Source of the DNA: Candidatus Omnitrophota bacterium
GTDB lineage: Bacteria > Omnitrophota > Gorgyraeia > Zapsychrales > JANLHA01
Assembly (NCBI GenBank): GCA_029560465.1
Contig: JAKQKX010000016.1
Location: 71,178 to 135,177 of the forward strand
Reading direction: 5' to 3'
Length of the DNA stretch: 64,000 nt
Position 1 is the stretch's first letter. Every line of letters begins with the position of its first letter. A model generated the notes under the pieces. The model ran no database searches. It saw nothing but the letters and a program-made list of their open reading frames with translations, and was not told the origin of the DNA. The position numbers were made by a program, and so were the translations under genes. This document shows, in pieces, positions 17,612-27,968 of this stretch.

Positions 17612-18601
17612 TTGGCGGTTATGGCGCGTAAAAAATTTAAAGATATCGCGGTTGAGAATTTTATCCTGCATTATCAACAGAAGAGGCCCATTGATTGGGC
17701 GGCGCAGTTTAACCGCCAGGCCCCCCTGGACCTTGAAATCGGGTTTGGGCTGGGAGAATTTCTCCTGGATCAATCGCGGGAGGCTCCGGAGCGGAATTAT
17801 GTCGGCATCGAACTCGATTGGCAGAGGATCAAGAAAACCCTGCATAAGATTTGGGCAATCCGCCAACCCAACGGACAAAATTTTTTCACGGATAATATCC
17901 GTATTTTGCAGGTCGAGGCGGATATCGCCTTAAGGCGTTTGTTCGTCCCGCGCAGCCTCCATCGGGTGTATTGTCTTTTCCCTTGCCCCTGGCCTAAAAA
18001 AGGGCACATCAGATACCGGCTGTTTTCCAGGCCTTTTTGTCGGGTTGTGAACAGCCGTCTTGTTGACGGCGGGTTTGTCCAGATCGTAACGGATCATGAA
18101 CCGTATTTCGAGTGGCTTCAGGAAGAAGTTTCCGGCTCGGGCTTCCGTGTCGAAGGGCGGAAAATCAGCCCCCGTTTTAACACGAAGTTTGAACGTAAAT
18201 GGATGGGGGAGGGGCAGGAGGAATTTTTTGAGCTGATCCTGCGCAAGTCAGAGCATATGGATATCCCTCTGGAGGAGGATCTCCCGTTGACTGTGTATTT
18301 TGTGGACGATTTTATCCCGGACCGGTTTTGTTTCCCCGGCAGGGTCGGATGCCCGTCTGTTGTCCAGAAAGATTTTCTTTTTGATCCGCAACGGGGAAAG
18401 GCGATGGTGCATCTTGTCGCCGCCGAAGAGCACGTCACCCAGCATGTGTGGATTGTTATCGCGAAAAGCCGGCGGGGCTGGTACGTCGCTCTCGCTGCGG
18501 GGCAGACCGTGTTGCCGACTCCAGGGGTGGCGCTCGCCGTGCGGATGACGGCGGAGGCCGTGAAACAAACTTTTCAGGAAAACAACACGACAAACCATTA
18601 G
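17612..18601 (+). CDS. trmB: tRNA (guanine46-N7)-methyltransferase with ~100-aa C-terminal extension
   Basis: 'LDLEIGFGLGEFLL...YVGIEL' SAM-binding/TrmB motifs; the product is 329 aa versus ~220-240 for canonical TrmB. Confidence 0.75.
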   Translation: MAVMARKKFKDIAVENFILHYQQKRPIDWAAQFNRQAPLDLEIGFGLGEFLLDQSREAPERNYVGIELDWQRIKKTLHKIWAIRQPNGQNFFTDNIRILQVEADIALRRLFVPRSLHRVYCLFPCPWPKKGHIRYRLFSRPFCRVVNSRLVDGGFVQIVTDHEPYFEWLQEEVSGSGFRVEGRKISPRFNTKFERKWMGEGQEEFFELILRKSEHMDIPLEEDLPLTVYFVDDFIPDRFCFPGRVGCPSVVQKDFLFDPQRGKAMVHLVAAEEHVTQHVWIVIAKSRRGWYVALAAGQTVLPTPGVALAVRMTAEAVKQTFQENNTTNH

Positions 18602-18610
18602 GATCTGAAC

Positions 18611-19444
18611 ATGCGATATCCCCGAAAGGCAAGGTTTTTCCGGTATCTGTGTTTACCTCTAGCCGTTATTTTGTCCTGTCCGCCAATGGGTTATGCCGGG
18701 GAAGGCGGTTCTGACATTGTTTCCGCCCAGGCGGCCATTTTTTCAAACAGCACGGAAGTGATCCGGTATTACGGCAAGAACGTGCATTCCCGGGTGCCGC
18801 CGGCCAGCACGGTGAAAGTTATGACCGCGCTGATTGTGCTGGAGCGCCTGCCTCTCGATAAAGTGGTCACGACAAGCGTCCGCGCCACGCATCCCCAGCC
18901 TTCCAAAATTTACGCCAAGCCCGGAGAGAAATTCCGGGTGAGGGATTTATTGTACGCTTTAATGCTTAAGTCCGCCAATGACGCCAGTGTCATCCTGGCT
19001 GAAGCGGTGGCCGGCAGCGAAGACAAATTTGTTGAGCTTATGAACAAAAAGGCGCGGGAATTGGGCGCGAAGCACACGCGTTTTGCCAACGCCCACGGCT
19101 TGCCTTCGAAAGCAAAGCAGTACACGACCCCCTATGATATGTACCTGATTTTCCGGGCCGCCTTAAAGCATGATTTTTTCCGGGAACTTGTGGGAACGAA
19201 ATCCAGAATAATTTATTCTTTAGAAGGCAGGAAAATTCCGCTTAGAAGTCATAATAAGATTCTTTTTATGGATTGGAAAAAGAAGCTTCACGGGAAGACG
19301 GGGTATACGAAAGCGGCGAAGGCTTGTTTTGTCGGGTACCTTCATAAAGGCCAGAGCATTTGCATCATTGCGGTTTTCGGCTGCACCCGGAGGTGGGACG
19401 ACATCAAATATATTGTGGAACATTATGGCGGGATTGATTTGTGA
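18611..19444 (+). CDS. D-alanyl-D-alanine carboxypeptidase (peptidase S11)
   Basis: Signal peptide; SxxK 'SASTVKVMT', SxN 'KSANDAS' and KTG 'GKTGYT' motifs of PBP5-type DD-peptidases. Confidence 0.75.
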   Translation: MRYPRKARFFRYLCLPLAVILSCPPMGYAGEGGSDIVSAQAAIFSNSTEVIRYYGKNVHSRVPPASTVKVMTALIVLERLPLDKVVTTSVRATHPQPSKIYAKPGEKFRVRDLLYALMLKSANDASVILAEAVAGSEDKFVELMNKKARELGAKHTRFANAHGLPSKAKQYTTPYDMYLIFRAALKHDFFRELVGTKSRIIYSLEGRKIPLRSHNKILFMDWKKKLHGKTGYTKAAKACFVGYLHKGQSICIIAVFGCTRRWDDIKYIVEHYGGIDL

Positions 19445-19564
19445 TGGCTTTAAGTGGGTTTTTCGAGATTAAATATATTGCAAAATATATATTTGTGGCA
19501 TAAAATGGAGCGGTTAATCGGATTGAAGATGGGACAGTGTTATTAAAAAGAAAGGAAAAATTTT

Positions 19565-20458
19565 ATGAATAATCGCAGTTTTATTTTACCTGTTGTTATT
19601 GTCCTCGCCATTGCCATGGGGGTGTTGATTACGGTTCAAAAAGTGAACAGCCCGATAATGGTCCGTCTGATTACGCAGCAAAATGAAATTTTAAAAATGA
19701 ACCAGGTCGTTCAGCGTCAATTGATGCAACTGACGACCAAAGTCGACGCCCAGGGCAGTAAAAATTCTTCGGCTGAAGGGCAAGCCGGCAAGGCGGGGTC
19801 TGACCCGTTTCCCCTGGAGTCCCGGGTTTCGGCTTTGGAAAAAAGGGTTGTCGATTTAACCAATATTGTTCAAAAGCTATCCTTGGGAGGCCAGGCCGCG
19901 CAACAGGTCCCTCAACGTCCTCAGGAAGATTACGATAAAGTTTATAAATTCGACGCGGCCCATTCTCCTATAAAGGGAAACCCAGCTGCGCCGATTAGTA
20001 TCGTGGAATTTATAGATATTCAGTGCCCGTATTCCGCCCGGTTTCATCCGGTTGTCGATGAAGTGCTCGCTGCTTATCCGGACAAAGTCAATTTTATCGT
20101 AAAAAATTTTCCGTTGCAGTTTCATCCCGGGGCCAGGCCCGCCGCTAAAGCGGCTTTCGCGGCTGGCGAGCAGGGGAAATATCACGAGATGATTCAGCTG
20201 CTTTTAGAAAATAACCGTGGGCTCACAGAAGATAAATTTAAGGAATTGGCGGGGCGGTTGGGGCTTAACGTCGAAAAATTTATGAGCGATTTTAAACAGA
20301 AAGACGCACAGTATGAAGAATGGGTCCAGAAGGATATCGTCCTGGGGACTCAATCGGATGTGCGTGGAACCCCGACGTTTTTCCTTGGGGGACGCAAGAC
20401 CACTGCCAGGGATTTGGCGGGTTTTAAAACTCAGATTGATGCTTTGCTGAAACAATAG
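19565..20458 (+). CDS. DsbA-family thiol:disulfide oxidoreductase with N-terminal TM anchor and coiled-coil
   Basis: N-terminal TM helix, then a coiled-coil segment, then 'IQCPYS' CxxC active site in a thioredoxin-fold domain. Confidence 0.65.
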   Translation: MNNRSFILPVVIVLAIAMGVLITVQKVNSPIMVRLITQQNEILKMNQVVQRQLMQLTTKVDAQGSKNSSAEGQAGKAGSDPFPLESRVSALEKRVVDLTNIVQKLSLGGQAAQQVPQRPQEDYDKVYKFDAAHSPIKGNPAAPISIVEFIDIQCPYSARFHPVVDEVLAAYPDKVNFIVKNFPLQFHPGARPAAKAAFAAGEQGKYHEMIQLLLENNRGLTEDKFKELAGRLGLNVEKFMSDFKQKDAQYEEWVQKDIVLGTQSDVRGTPTFFLGGRKTTARDLAGFKTQIDALLKQ

Positions 20459-20670
20459 GGCGACTAAGCCGCGCGCAGGCGTATCCTGAAAGCCTTTCAG
20501 GAAGGTGTGGAATGGCGCTGGCAAAATTGTTGTTTACATTTTTGTGATTTTTTGTTAATATTTATACCTTAATCGGTACAAGGAATTGTTGCTGTGTGAA
20601 GTTTTTTAGCGGGAACCAGTTGCGATTAAGTGTGTTAATTATAGAGATCACGTAAGAGGAGGCTTTCTAG

Positions 20671-20937
20671 ATGGCGAAAAAGGGCGGGTTAACGTCGAAA
20701 TTTTATCGCGAGACGCGAGGAATTAAAGTGGCGGGAGGTCAATTTGTTAGAGCCGGTACCGTTTTAACCCGGGAGGGTGACAAGTGGAAGCCCGGCCTTA
20801 ATGTCACGGGGGAAATGCATCTTAATGCCATATGCGATGGCAAGATATATTTCAGCAGGAAGCGGAATAAATATAATAAGCAGGTCACCTATGTTAATGT
20901 GCAACCTGTAGCCGCAAACGGGCCGGAAAAAGCTTGA
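20671..20937 (+). CDS. rpmA: ribosomal protein L27-like
   Basis: 'KVAGGQFVRAGTVLTREGDKWKPGLNV...HLNAICDGKIYF' aligns with the L27 core; strong GAGGAGG RBS; the N-terminus diverges from canonical 'AHKKGGGS' and no rplU lies upstream. Confidence 0.55.
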   Translation: MAKKGGLTSKFYRETRGIKVAGGQFVRAGTVLTREGDKWKPGLNVTGEMHLNAICDGKIYFSRKRNKYNKQVTYVNVQPVAANGPEKA

Positions 20938-21014
20938 CGCCTTGCTTGTCACCTCGGATTATTTTTCTGGAATTCTTCAGATAACTTCCTTGTTTTAATA
21001 AGAGATCAAAATTT

Positions 21015-22847
21015 ATGTGCGGTATTATCGGTTATATCGGTAACCGGGAAGCGCAACCGCTTCTTATTGAGGGATTAAAAAAATTAGAATATCGCGGGTA
21101 TGACTCCGCGGGAATTGGAGTTATTCCTACAGGAAAACAGCATATCGCGGTTCAGAAGACGGAGGGAAAGATCATTGACCTGATCTCGGTGCTGGAAAAG
21201 CACCCTCTTGCGTCCGGGTGTATTGGTCTTTCACACACCCGCTGGGCTACCCACGGAGTTCCGAATCACCGCAACGCTCACCCTCATTTTGACTGTTCTA
21301 AAAAGTTTTTGATTGTTCATAATGGAATTATAGAAAACTACGAAGCTCTAAAAGCCAAGCTTGTCGCCCAGAAGCATGTTTTCCGGTCGGACACGGATAC
21401 GGAGGTGATTGCTCACCTTATCGAGGATTGTTATTCCGGAGACCTTTTGGAGGCGGTTCGTAAAGCCGTTAAGCTGCTGCGCGGCGCGTTCGCTTTAGGA
21501 GTTATCTCTTCCTATCAGCCGGACCAGATTATCGCTGTCCGCACGGGGTCTCCGCTTATCATCGGGGTGGGCCAGCATGAAAATTTTATCGCTTCTGATG
21601 TCCCCGCCGTGCTGGATTCAACGAATCGCGTGATTTACCTTGAGGATGGCCATATGGCCCGTTTGACCCGGGATCGGGTCGAGGTTTTTTCTTTTGAGGG
21701 CGAGCGTGTGTCGCCCGCTGTTCATAAAGTGGCTTTCAATATTGAGGCTGTGCAGAAGCAAGGGTACGCCCATTTCATGCTTAAAGAAATCCACGAACAG
21801 CCGGATGTCATTGAACGGATGTTGAAGTTCCGCTTGAAAGGGATGGCGGTCGGGTTGGATGGTTTGACTATCCTACCGGAGCACTTTAAGCGCGTGAAGC
21901 ATATTTATATCGTCGCCTGCGGGACGGCGTACCATGCCGGTCTGGTGGGGCGCTACTGGATCGAGGCCCTCACAACCATTCCGGTGACGGTGGACATGGC
22001 CAGTGAATTTCGTTACAGGAACCCGATCATTGACAAAAACACTTTGGTCATTGCGATTAGCCAGTCAGGAGAGACGGCCGACACGTTGGCGGCGGTGAAA
22101 GAAGCCCGGGCGCGCGGGGCCAAATTAATTTCGATCTGTAATGTGGTCGGTTCTTCTCTGGCCAGGGAATCCGACGGCGTTCTTTACACTCACGCCGGGC
22201 CGGAGATCGGGGTGGCCTCGACAAAAGCCTATGTTGCGCAGATATGCATGCTGTATCTTTTGGGTTTGAAATTAAGCCAGTCGTTTAAAAAAATTTCTAC
22301 GAAGCAGCGGCAACAATACATTAAAGAGCTGAAAAGAGTCCCGGGGCTTTACCGCGATATCCTGCACCGGAAGAAGGTTATTCATAGAATCGCCAGGAAG
22401 AATTCTCATTTCGGCTGTTTTCTGTTCTTGGGCCGTAATATTAATTTTCCTTCGGCCTTGGAAGGGGCGTTGAAACTTAAAGAAATCTCTTATATCCCGG
22501 CTGAGGGCTACCCGGCTGGGGAGATGAAGCATGGGCCGATCGCCCTGATTGACGAGTACCGGGCTGTGATCTGTGTCGCCCCCCAAACATCCCTTTATGA
22601 AAAAATGATCTCCAATATCCAGGAAATCCGGGCCCGGAAAGGGAAGGTCATCGCTATCGCCACGGAGGGGGACCTGTCCATAAAGAAGCACGCTCATGAC
22701 GTGATCACCGTCCCTCCCCTGGAAGAAAATTTGACCCCGCTTCTTGTCGCGTTGCCGTTGCAGCTCCTTGCTTATTATATCGCCGTGCACCTGGGCTGCA
22801 ATGTGGACCAGCCGCGTAATCTCGCCAAATCCGTAACCGTCGAATAG
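21015..22847 (+). CDS. glmS: glutamine--fructose-6-phosphate aminotransferase
   Basis: 'MCGIIGYIG' Ntn-amidotransferase start, two SIS domains, C-terminal '...KSVTVE'; 610 aa. Confidence 0.95.
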   Translation: MCGIIGYIGNREAQPLLIEGLKKLEYRGYDSAGIGVIPTGKQHIAVQKTEGKIIDLISVLEKHPLASGCIGLSHTRWATHGVPNHRNAHPHFDCSKKFLIVHNGIIENYEALKAKLVAQKHVFRSDTDTEVIAHLIEDCYSGDLLEAVRKAVKLLRGAFALGVISSYQPDQIIAVRTGSPLIIGVGQHENFIASDVPAVLDSTNRVIYLEDGHMARLTRDRVEVFSFEGERVSPAVHKVAFNIEAVQKQGYAHFMLKEIHEQPDVIERMLKFRLKGMAVGLDGLTILPEHFKRVKHIYIVACGTAYHAGLVGRYWIEALTTIPVTVDMASEFRYRNPIIDKNTLVIAISQSGETADTLAAVKEARARGAKLISICNVVGSSLARESDGVLYTHAGPEIGVASTKAYVAQICMLYLLGLKLSQSFKKISTKQRQQYIKELKRVPGLYRDILHRKKVIHRIARKNSHFGCFLFLGRNINFPSALEGALKLKEISYIPAEGYPAGEMKHGPIALIDEYRAVICVAPQTSLYEKMISNIQEIRARKGKVIAIATEGDLSIKKHAHDVITVPPLEENLTPLLVALPLQLLAYYIAVHLGCNVDQPRNLAKSVTVE

Positions 22848-22886
22848 AGTATAATAAAAGTCATCGCAAGGGAGGATCGATCCAAA

Positions 22887-23321
22887 ATGGCCGGGCTGGA
22901 TGAATTGCTGGATGTGAAGGAATATCAAGGGGAAGGCTATCGTCCGGTTGTGGATTACGGGGGCTGGCGGGTTGCGGTATTAAATTATATTGAAGAATTG
23001 CGGGCGGATAACCTGCGCGCCATGCAGCGCCATAATGAAACGGACGAAGTGTTTGTTTTATTGCGGGGACGCTGCATTCTTTTTCTAGGGGAAGGCCAAG
23101 ATGCCGTGACGGTGATCCGTGCCCAAGACCTGGAGCCGTTTAAAATATACTCTGTGAAAAAAGCCGTGTGGCATACGCACACTTTGAGCGATGACGCCAT
23201 GGTGTTGATCGTTGAAAACAGGGACACGGATATTCATAATTCTCCGTCTTGCCCTTTGACAGGCGCTCAGCGCCGGGATATTTCTGCGTTAACCCGTAGG
23301 TTGTGGGCGCGGCAGGCCTAA
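22887..23321 (+). CDS. hypothetical protein (cupin-like fold suspected)
   Basis: 144 aa; beta-rich pattern 'DEVFVLLRGRCILFLGEG...VWHTH'; no family assigned. Confidence 0.35.
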   Translation: MAGLDELLDVKEYQGEGYRPVVDYGGWRVAVLNYIEELRADNLRAMQRHNETDEVFVLLRGRCILFLGEGQDAVTVIRAQDLEPFKIYSVKKAVWHTHTLSDDAMVLIVENRDTDIHNSPSCPLTGAQRRDISALTRRLWARQA

Positions 23322-23368
23322 AAATGGGGCAAGGCCGTTAGATTCTTTGGGAGGGAGGAGGCACTGTC

Positions 23369-24088
23369 GTGTTATATATCGTATCGACGCCGATCGGCAA
23401 TCTGAAAGACATAACCTTCCGGGCGGTGGAAGTCTTGCAGTCCGTCGACCTGATCGCGGCCGAGGATACCCGCCATAGCCGGATTCTTTTGAAACATTAC
23501 AACATTGTTGCCCCGGTCACGAGTTATTTTGAACACAACAAGTTTAAAAAAGGTGAGTATCTCCTCAAGGCAATGAAGGATGGGCAGAGCGTGGCCCTGG
23601 TGACGGACGCTGGAACGCCGGGGATCAGTGACCCGGGATTTCATCTGATCCGTTTGGCCCGGGAGAACAGCATTCCGGTCACGGTCGTTCCCGGTCCCTG
23701 TGCCCTCATCGGAGCGCTTTCTATTTCCGGACTGCCGGCACACGCGTTTGTTTTTGCGGGGTTCCTTCCGGTCAAGTCCGCGGCGCGGCGCAGGAAGTTA
23801 GCCGAGTTTAAAACCGAGGCCAGGACGGTCATTTTGTATGAGTCCCCGCACCGGCTGCTGAAGACCCTGCAGGATATTTATGAGGTCCTTGATAATCCGC
23901 GGGTCGTGTGCGTGCGCGAGCTGACCAAGAAGTTTGAAGAAGTGCGGCCCGGAACCTGTCAGGACCTTATCGGGCATTTCACCCGGAACAGCCCGAAAGG
24001 GGAATTTGTCTTACTGCTGTCCCGGGATGGCCCCGTCCGGGGATTCACCGCTCCCCTTGACAGGAGCGGACGCAGGTGGTATATTTGA
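23369..24088 (+). CDS. rsmI: 16S rRNA (cytidine1402-2'-O)-methyltransferase
   Basis: 'LYIVSTPIGNLKDITFRAVEVLQSVDLIAAEDTRHSRILL' is the canonical RsmI N-terminus; GTG start. Confidence 0.85.
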   Translation: MLYIVSTPIGNLKDITFRAVEVLQSVDLIAAEDTRHSRILLKHYNIVAPVTSYFEHNKFKKGEYLLKAMKDGQSVALVTDAGTPGISDPGFHLIRLARENSIPVTVVPGPCALIGALSISGLPAHAFVFAGFLPVKSAARRRKLAEFKTEARTVILYESPHRLLKTLQDIYEVLDNPRVVCVRELTKKFEEVRPGTCQDLIGHFTRNSPKGEFVLLLSRDGPVRGFTAPLDRSGRRWYI

Positions 24089-24106
24089 CTAAATTTAACC
24101 TTTAAT

Positions 24107-24137
24107 CCGGTCCCGCGAGGCCGGCAAAGGTCGGGAC
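24107..24137 (+). promoter_or_regulatory. candidate PyrR-binding RNA stem-loop in the pyr leader
   Basis: 'GGTCCCGCGAGGCCGGCAAAGGTCGGGAC' resembles the Bacillus PyrR anti-antiterminator loop (UCCAGAGAGGCUNGCAAGG) closed by a GTCCCG/CGGGAC stem. Confidence 0.45.
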
Positions 24138-24169
24138 ATGTTTAAGCCGAATTCATAGAGATTGTATAA

Positions 24170-24203
24170 ACTCGCCTCAATCGTTGAGGGCGAGTTTTTT
24201 TTT
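24170..24203 (+). terminator. intrinsic terminator / attenuator upstream of pyrR
   Basis: 'ACTCGCCTCAATCGTTGAGGGCGAG' hairpin followed by T9, ~18 nt before the pyrR start. Confidence 0.6.
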
Positions 24204-24205
24204 AA

Positions 24206-25701
<1,496 letters not shown>

Positions 25702-25754
25702 GTCAAGCGGGCGGTGGTTGGCCCGAAGCTTTTTGATCATAGGAGAAAAAATTT

Positions 25755-27035
25755 ATGGCAGTTTTAATCAAGAACGCCCTTATCGTTAACGCAGACAAGA
25801 TGGATCCCAATCTTCAAGACATCCTCATCGACAAAGGGCTGATCGTCCGGGTCGGGCCGGGCCTTCCCGATGGGCAAGCCCGGGTGATGGACGTCAAAGG
25901 GAAACATGTCTTCCCAGGGCTTATTGACCTGCACGTCCATCTGCGTCAGCCGGGGCGGGAAGATAAGGAAACCATTGAAACCGGATCCCGGGCCGCTGTT
26001 AAGGGAGGGTTTACCACCATTGTCTGCATGCCGAACACCAAGCCGGTGATTGACAACGCGATGATTGTTGAAGCGGTGGTCAAGGAGGCCCGGAGGGTCG
26101 GGTTGTTAAACATTATCCCGGCGGGGGCGATGACTAGGGGGCAGAATGGCGAAGAATTGACGGACATGTTCGAGCTGAAAGAAGCGGGGTGCCTAGCTCT
26201 GACGGACGACGGCCGCAGCGTTGCCAATAGCCAAACGTTACGCCTGGCCCTGGATTACGCGCGCATGGCCGGGCTTTTGTTTATGGAGCATTGCCAGGAC
26301 CTCTCTTTAAGCAGCGGTGGGGTCATGAATGAGAGTTACACCTCCACCCTTTTGGGGATGAAGGGGGACCCTGTCGTGGCGGAGACAGTAATTGTCGCCC
26401 GTGATATTGAGATTGTTCATTACCTGAAAACCCGTATCCACTTGCAGCATATGAGTGCGGCCCGGTCGGTAGAACTTGTCCGCTGGGCTAAATCGCAGGG
26501 GATTCAAGTGACCGCAGAGGCGACGCCGCATCACTTCACCTTGACGGATGAAGCTGTTAAATCCTTTCATCCCAACACAAAAGTGAACCCGCCGTTAAGG
26601 ACCGCCGTGGATGTGGAAGCGGTACGGCAGGGCTTGAAAGACGGGACGATCGATTGCATCGCTTCTGATCATGCGCCGCACACGGTTGAGGATAAGGAAG
26701 TAGGGTTTGACCACGCGCCGTTCGGTGTCACGGGGCTGGAGACCGCCCTGGCGTTGGGGATCACCGAATTGGTTTCCAGGGGGGTGCTGACGTTAAATCA
26801 GCTTGTTGATAGAATGTCGGCGGCCCCGGCGCGGATCATTGGTTTGGAACGCAAAGGCGCGGTCAGGGAAGGGTACGACGCGGATTTAACCGTTGTTGAT
26901 ATAGATGAAGAATGGCTGGTGAAAGCGGAGGGCTTCGCCTCCAAGGCCGTCAACTCCCCGTTTATCGGGCGCACGCTGAAAGGGAAAGTGAAAACAACGC
27001 TATACGGCGGGAAAATTGTTTATCAGGATGATTAG
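25755..27035 (+). CDS. pyrC: dihydroorotase
   Basis: 'DLHVHLRQPG' metal-binding motif and 'DHAPH'; 426 aa amidohydrolase. Confidence 0.85.
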   Translation: MAVLIKNALIVNADKMDPNLQDILIDKGLIVRVGPGLPDGQARVMDVKGKHVFPGLIDLHVHLRQPGREDKETIETGSRAAVKGGFTTIVCMPNTKPVIDNAMIVEAVVKEARRVGLLNIIPAGAMTRGQNGEELTDMFELKEAGCLALTDDGRSVANSQTLRLALDYARMAGLLFMEHCQDLSLSSGGVMNESYTSTLLGMKGDPVVAETVIVARDIEIVHYLKTRIHLQHMSAARSVELVRWAKSQGIQVTAEATPHHFTLTDEAVKSFHPNTKVNPPLRTAVDVEAVRQGLKDGTIDCIASDHAPHTVEDKEVGFDHAPFGVTGLETALALGITELVSRGVLTLNQLVDRMSAAPARIIGLERKGAVREGYDADLTVVDIDEEWLVKAEGFASKAVNSPFIGRTLKGKVKTTLYGGKIVYQDD

Positions 27036-27121
27036 CCCCGGATATCGGATGGATGGGGAATGCGCTGATGATGCTTTGTCTGGCGCGGGAAACGCGCCGG
27101 GATAACTTCGAATAAAACCCT

Positions 27122-27149
27122 TTGACTTTTAGCCGGTTATATCTATAAT
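27122..27149 (+). promoter_or_regulatory. near-consensus sigma70 promoter upstream of tRNA-Arg
   Basis: TTGACT (27122-27127), 16-nt spacer, TATAAT (27144-27149); ~105 nt upstream of the tRNA. Confidence 0.45.
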
Positions 27150-27254
27150 CATTATTTATCCTGCTGGATAGTGAAGGTCGCTGCCGTGAATGCGTGTTCC
27201 CGGTGGGGTCATGGTGTGCGGGCTTTTCCTCAAAGAATATCATCTGATTTTCAA

Positions 27255-27326
27255 GCCTATTTTGGGGCCCATAGCTTAATGGATAGAGTCCAGGATTCCG
27301 GTTCCTGTGGTTCGGGTTCGACTCCC
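27255..27326 (+). tRNA. tRNA-Arg (anticodon CCG)
   Basis: Manually folded: acceptor GGGCCCA/TGGGCCC, anticodon stem CAGGA/TCCTG with loop TTCCGGT, T-arm TCGGG-TTCGACT-CCCGA; no encoded CCA. Confidence 0.8.
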
Positions 27327-27380
27327 GATGGGCCCTCTTTTTTAAATCAAAAATGGTAGTTTTGCACAGCTTTTACCCAA

Positions 27381-27890
27381 ATGTGGAAAAAGGCAGCTTA
27401 CTTTTTCGAGAAAGACAATATGCGTCAGCAGAAAATCACTGTTTCGGTTTTGGGGAGTCATAGTTCGGATGGTGTTGTGGAGGATTTTGTGTATAATGTT
27501 GGTAAGATTATAGCCGAAATGGAGTGTGTTCTTGTTTGCGGAGGTCTTGGTGGAGTGATTGAGATTGTTTCTAAAGGAGCGAAAGAAGCGGGTGGGCAGA
27601 CAATCGGATTATTGCCTGGAATTGACAAGAATGATGCAAACCCATATATTGATATAGCTTTACCAACATCCATCGGGTTTGCCCGGAATGCGATGGTTGC
27701 TTGTTCCGCTGATATTATTGTGGCTTTGCCGGGCAGTTATGGGACCGAATCCGAAATTTGTTACGGCCTGGTTTATAAAAGACCGGTGGTTGACCTCGGG
27801 AACTGGAATATTCCCGGGATGATCCCTGTCCAGGGGCTTGAGGATTTTAAACATCGTTTACGGCAACTTATCGAAGCCGTGCGTAACTGA
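27381..27890 (+). CDS. LOG family / TIGR00725 Rossmann-fold nucleotide-binding protein
   Basis: 'VCGGLGGVIEIVSKGAKEAGGQTIGLLPG' and 'PGSYGTESE' motifs of LOG (cytokinin riboside 5'-monophosphate phosphoribohydrolase-like) proteins; the likelier start is the ATG at 27420. Confidence 0.7.
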   Translation: MWKKAAYFFEKDNMRQQKITVSVLGSHSSDGVVEDFVYNVGKIIAEMECVLVCGGLGGVIEIVSKGAKEAGGQTIGLLPGIDKNDANPYIDIALPTSIGFARNAMVACSADIIVALPGSYGTESEICYGLVYKRPVVDLGNWNIPGMIPVQGLEDFKHRLRQLIEAVRN

Positions 27891-27968
27891 TTTTAACCGC
27901 GGCGTCTTTGGAATTTTTATCCCGGGCAGGATAACCATATTGAACAGAGCCAGTATCTTTATGCACAG

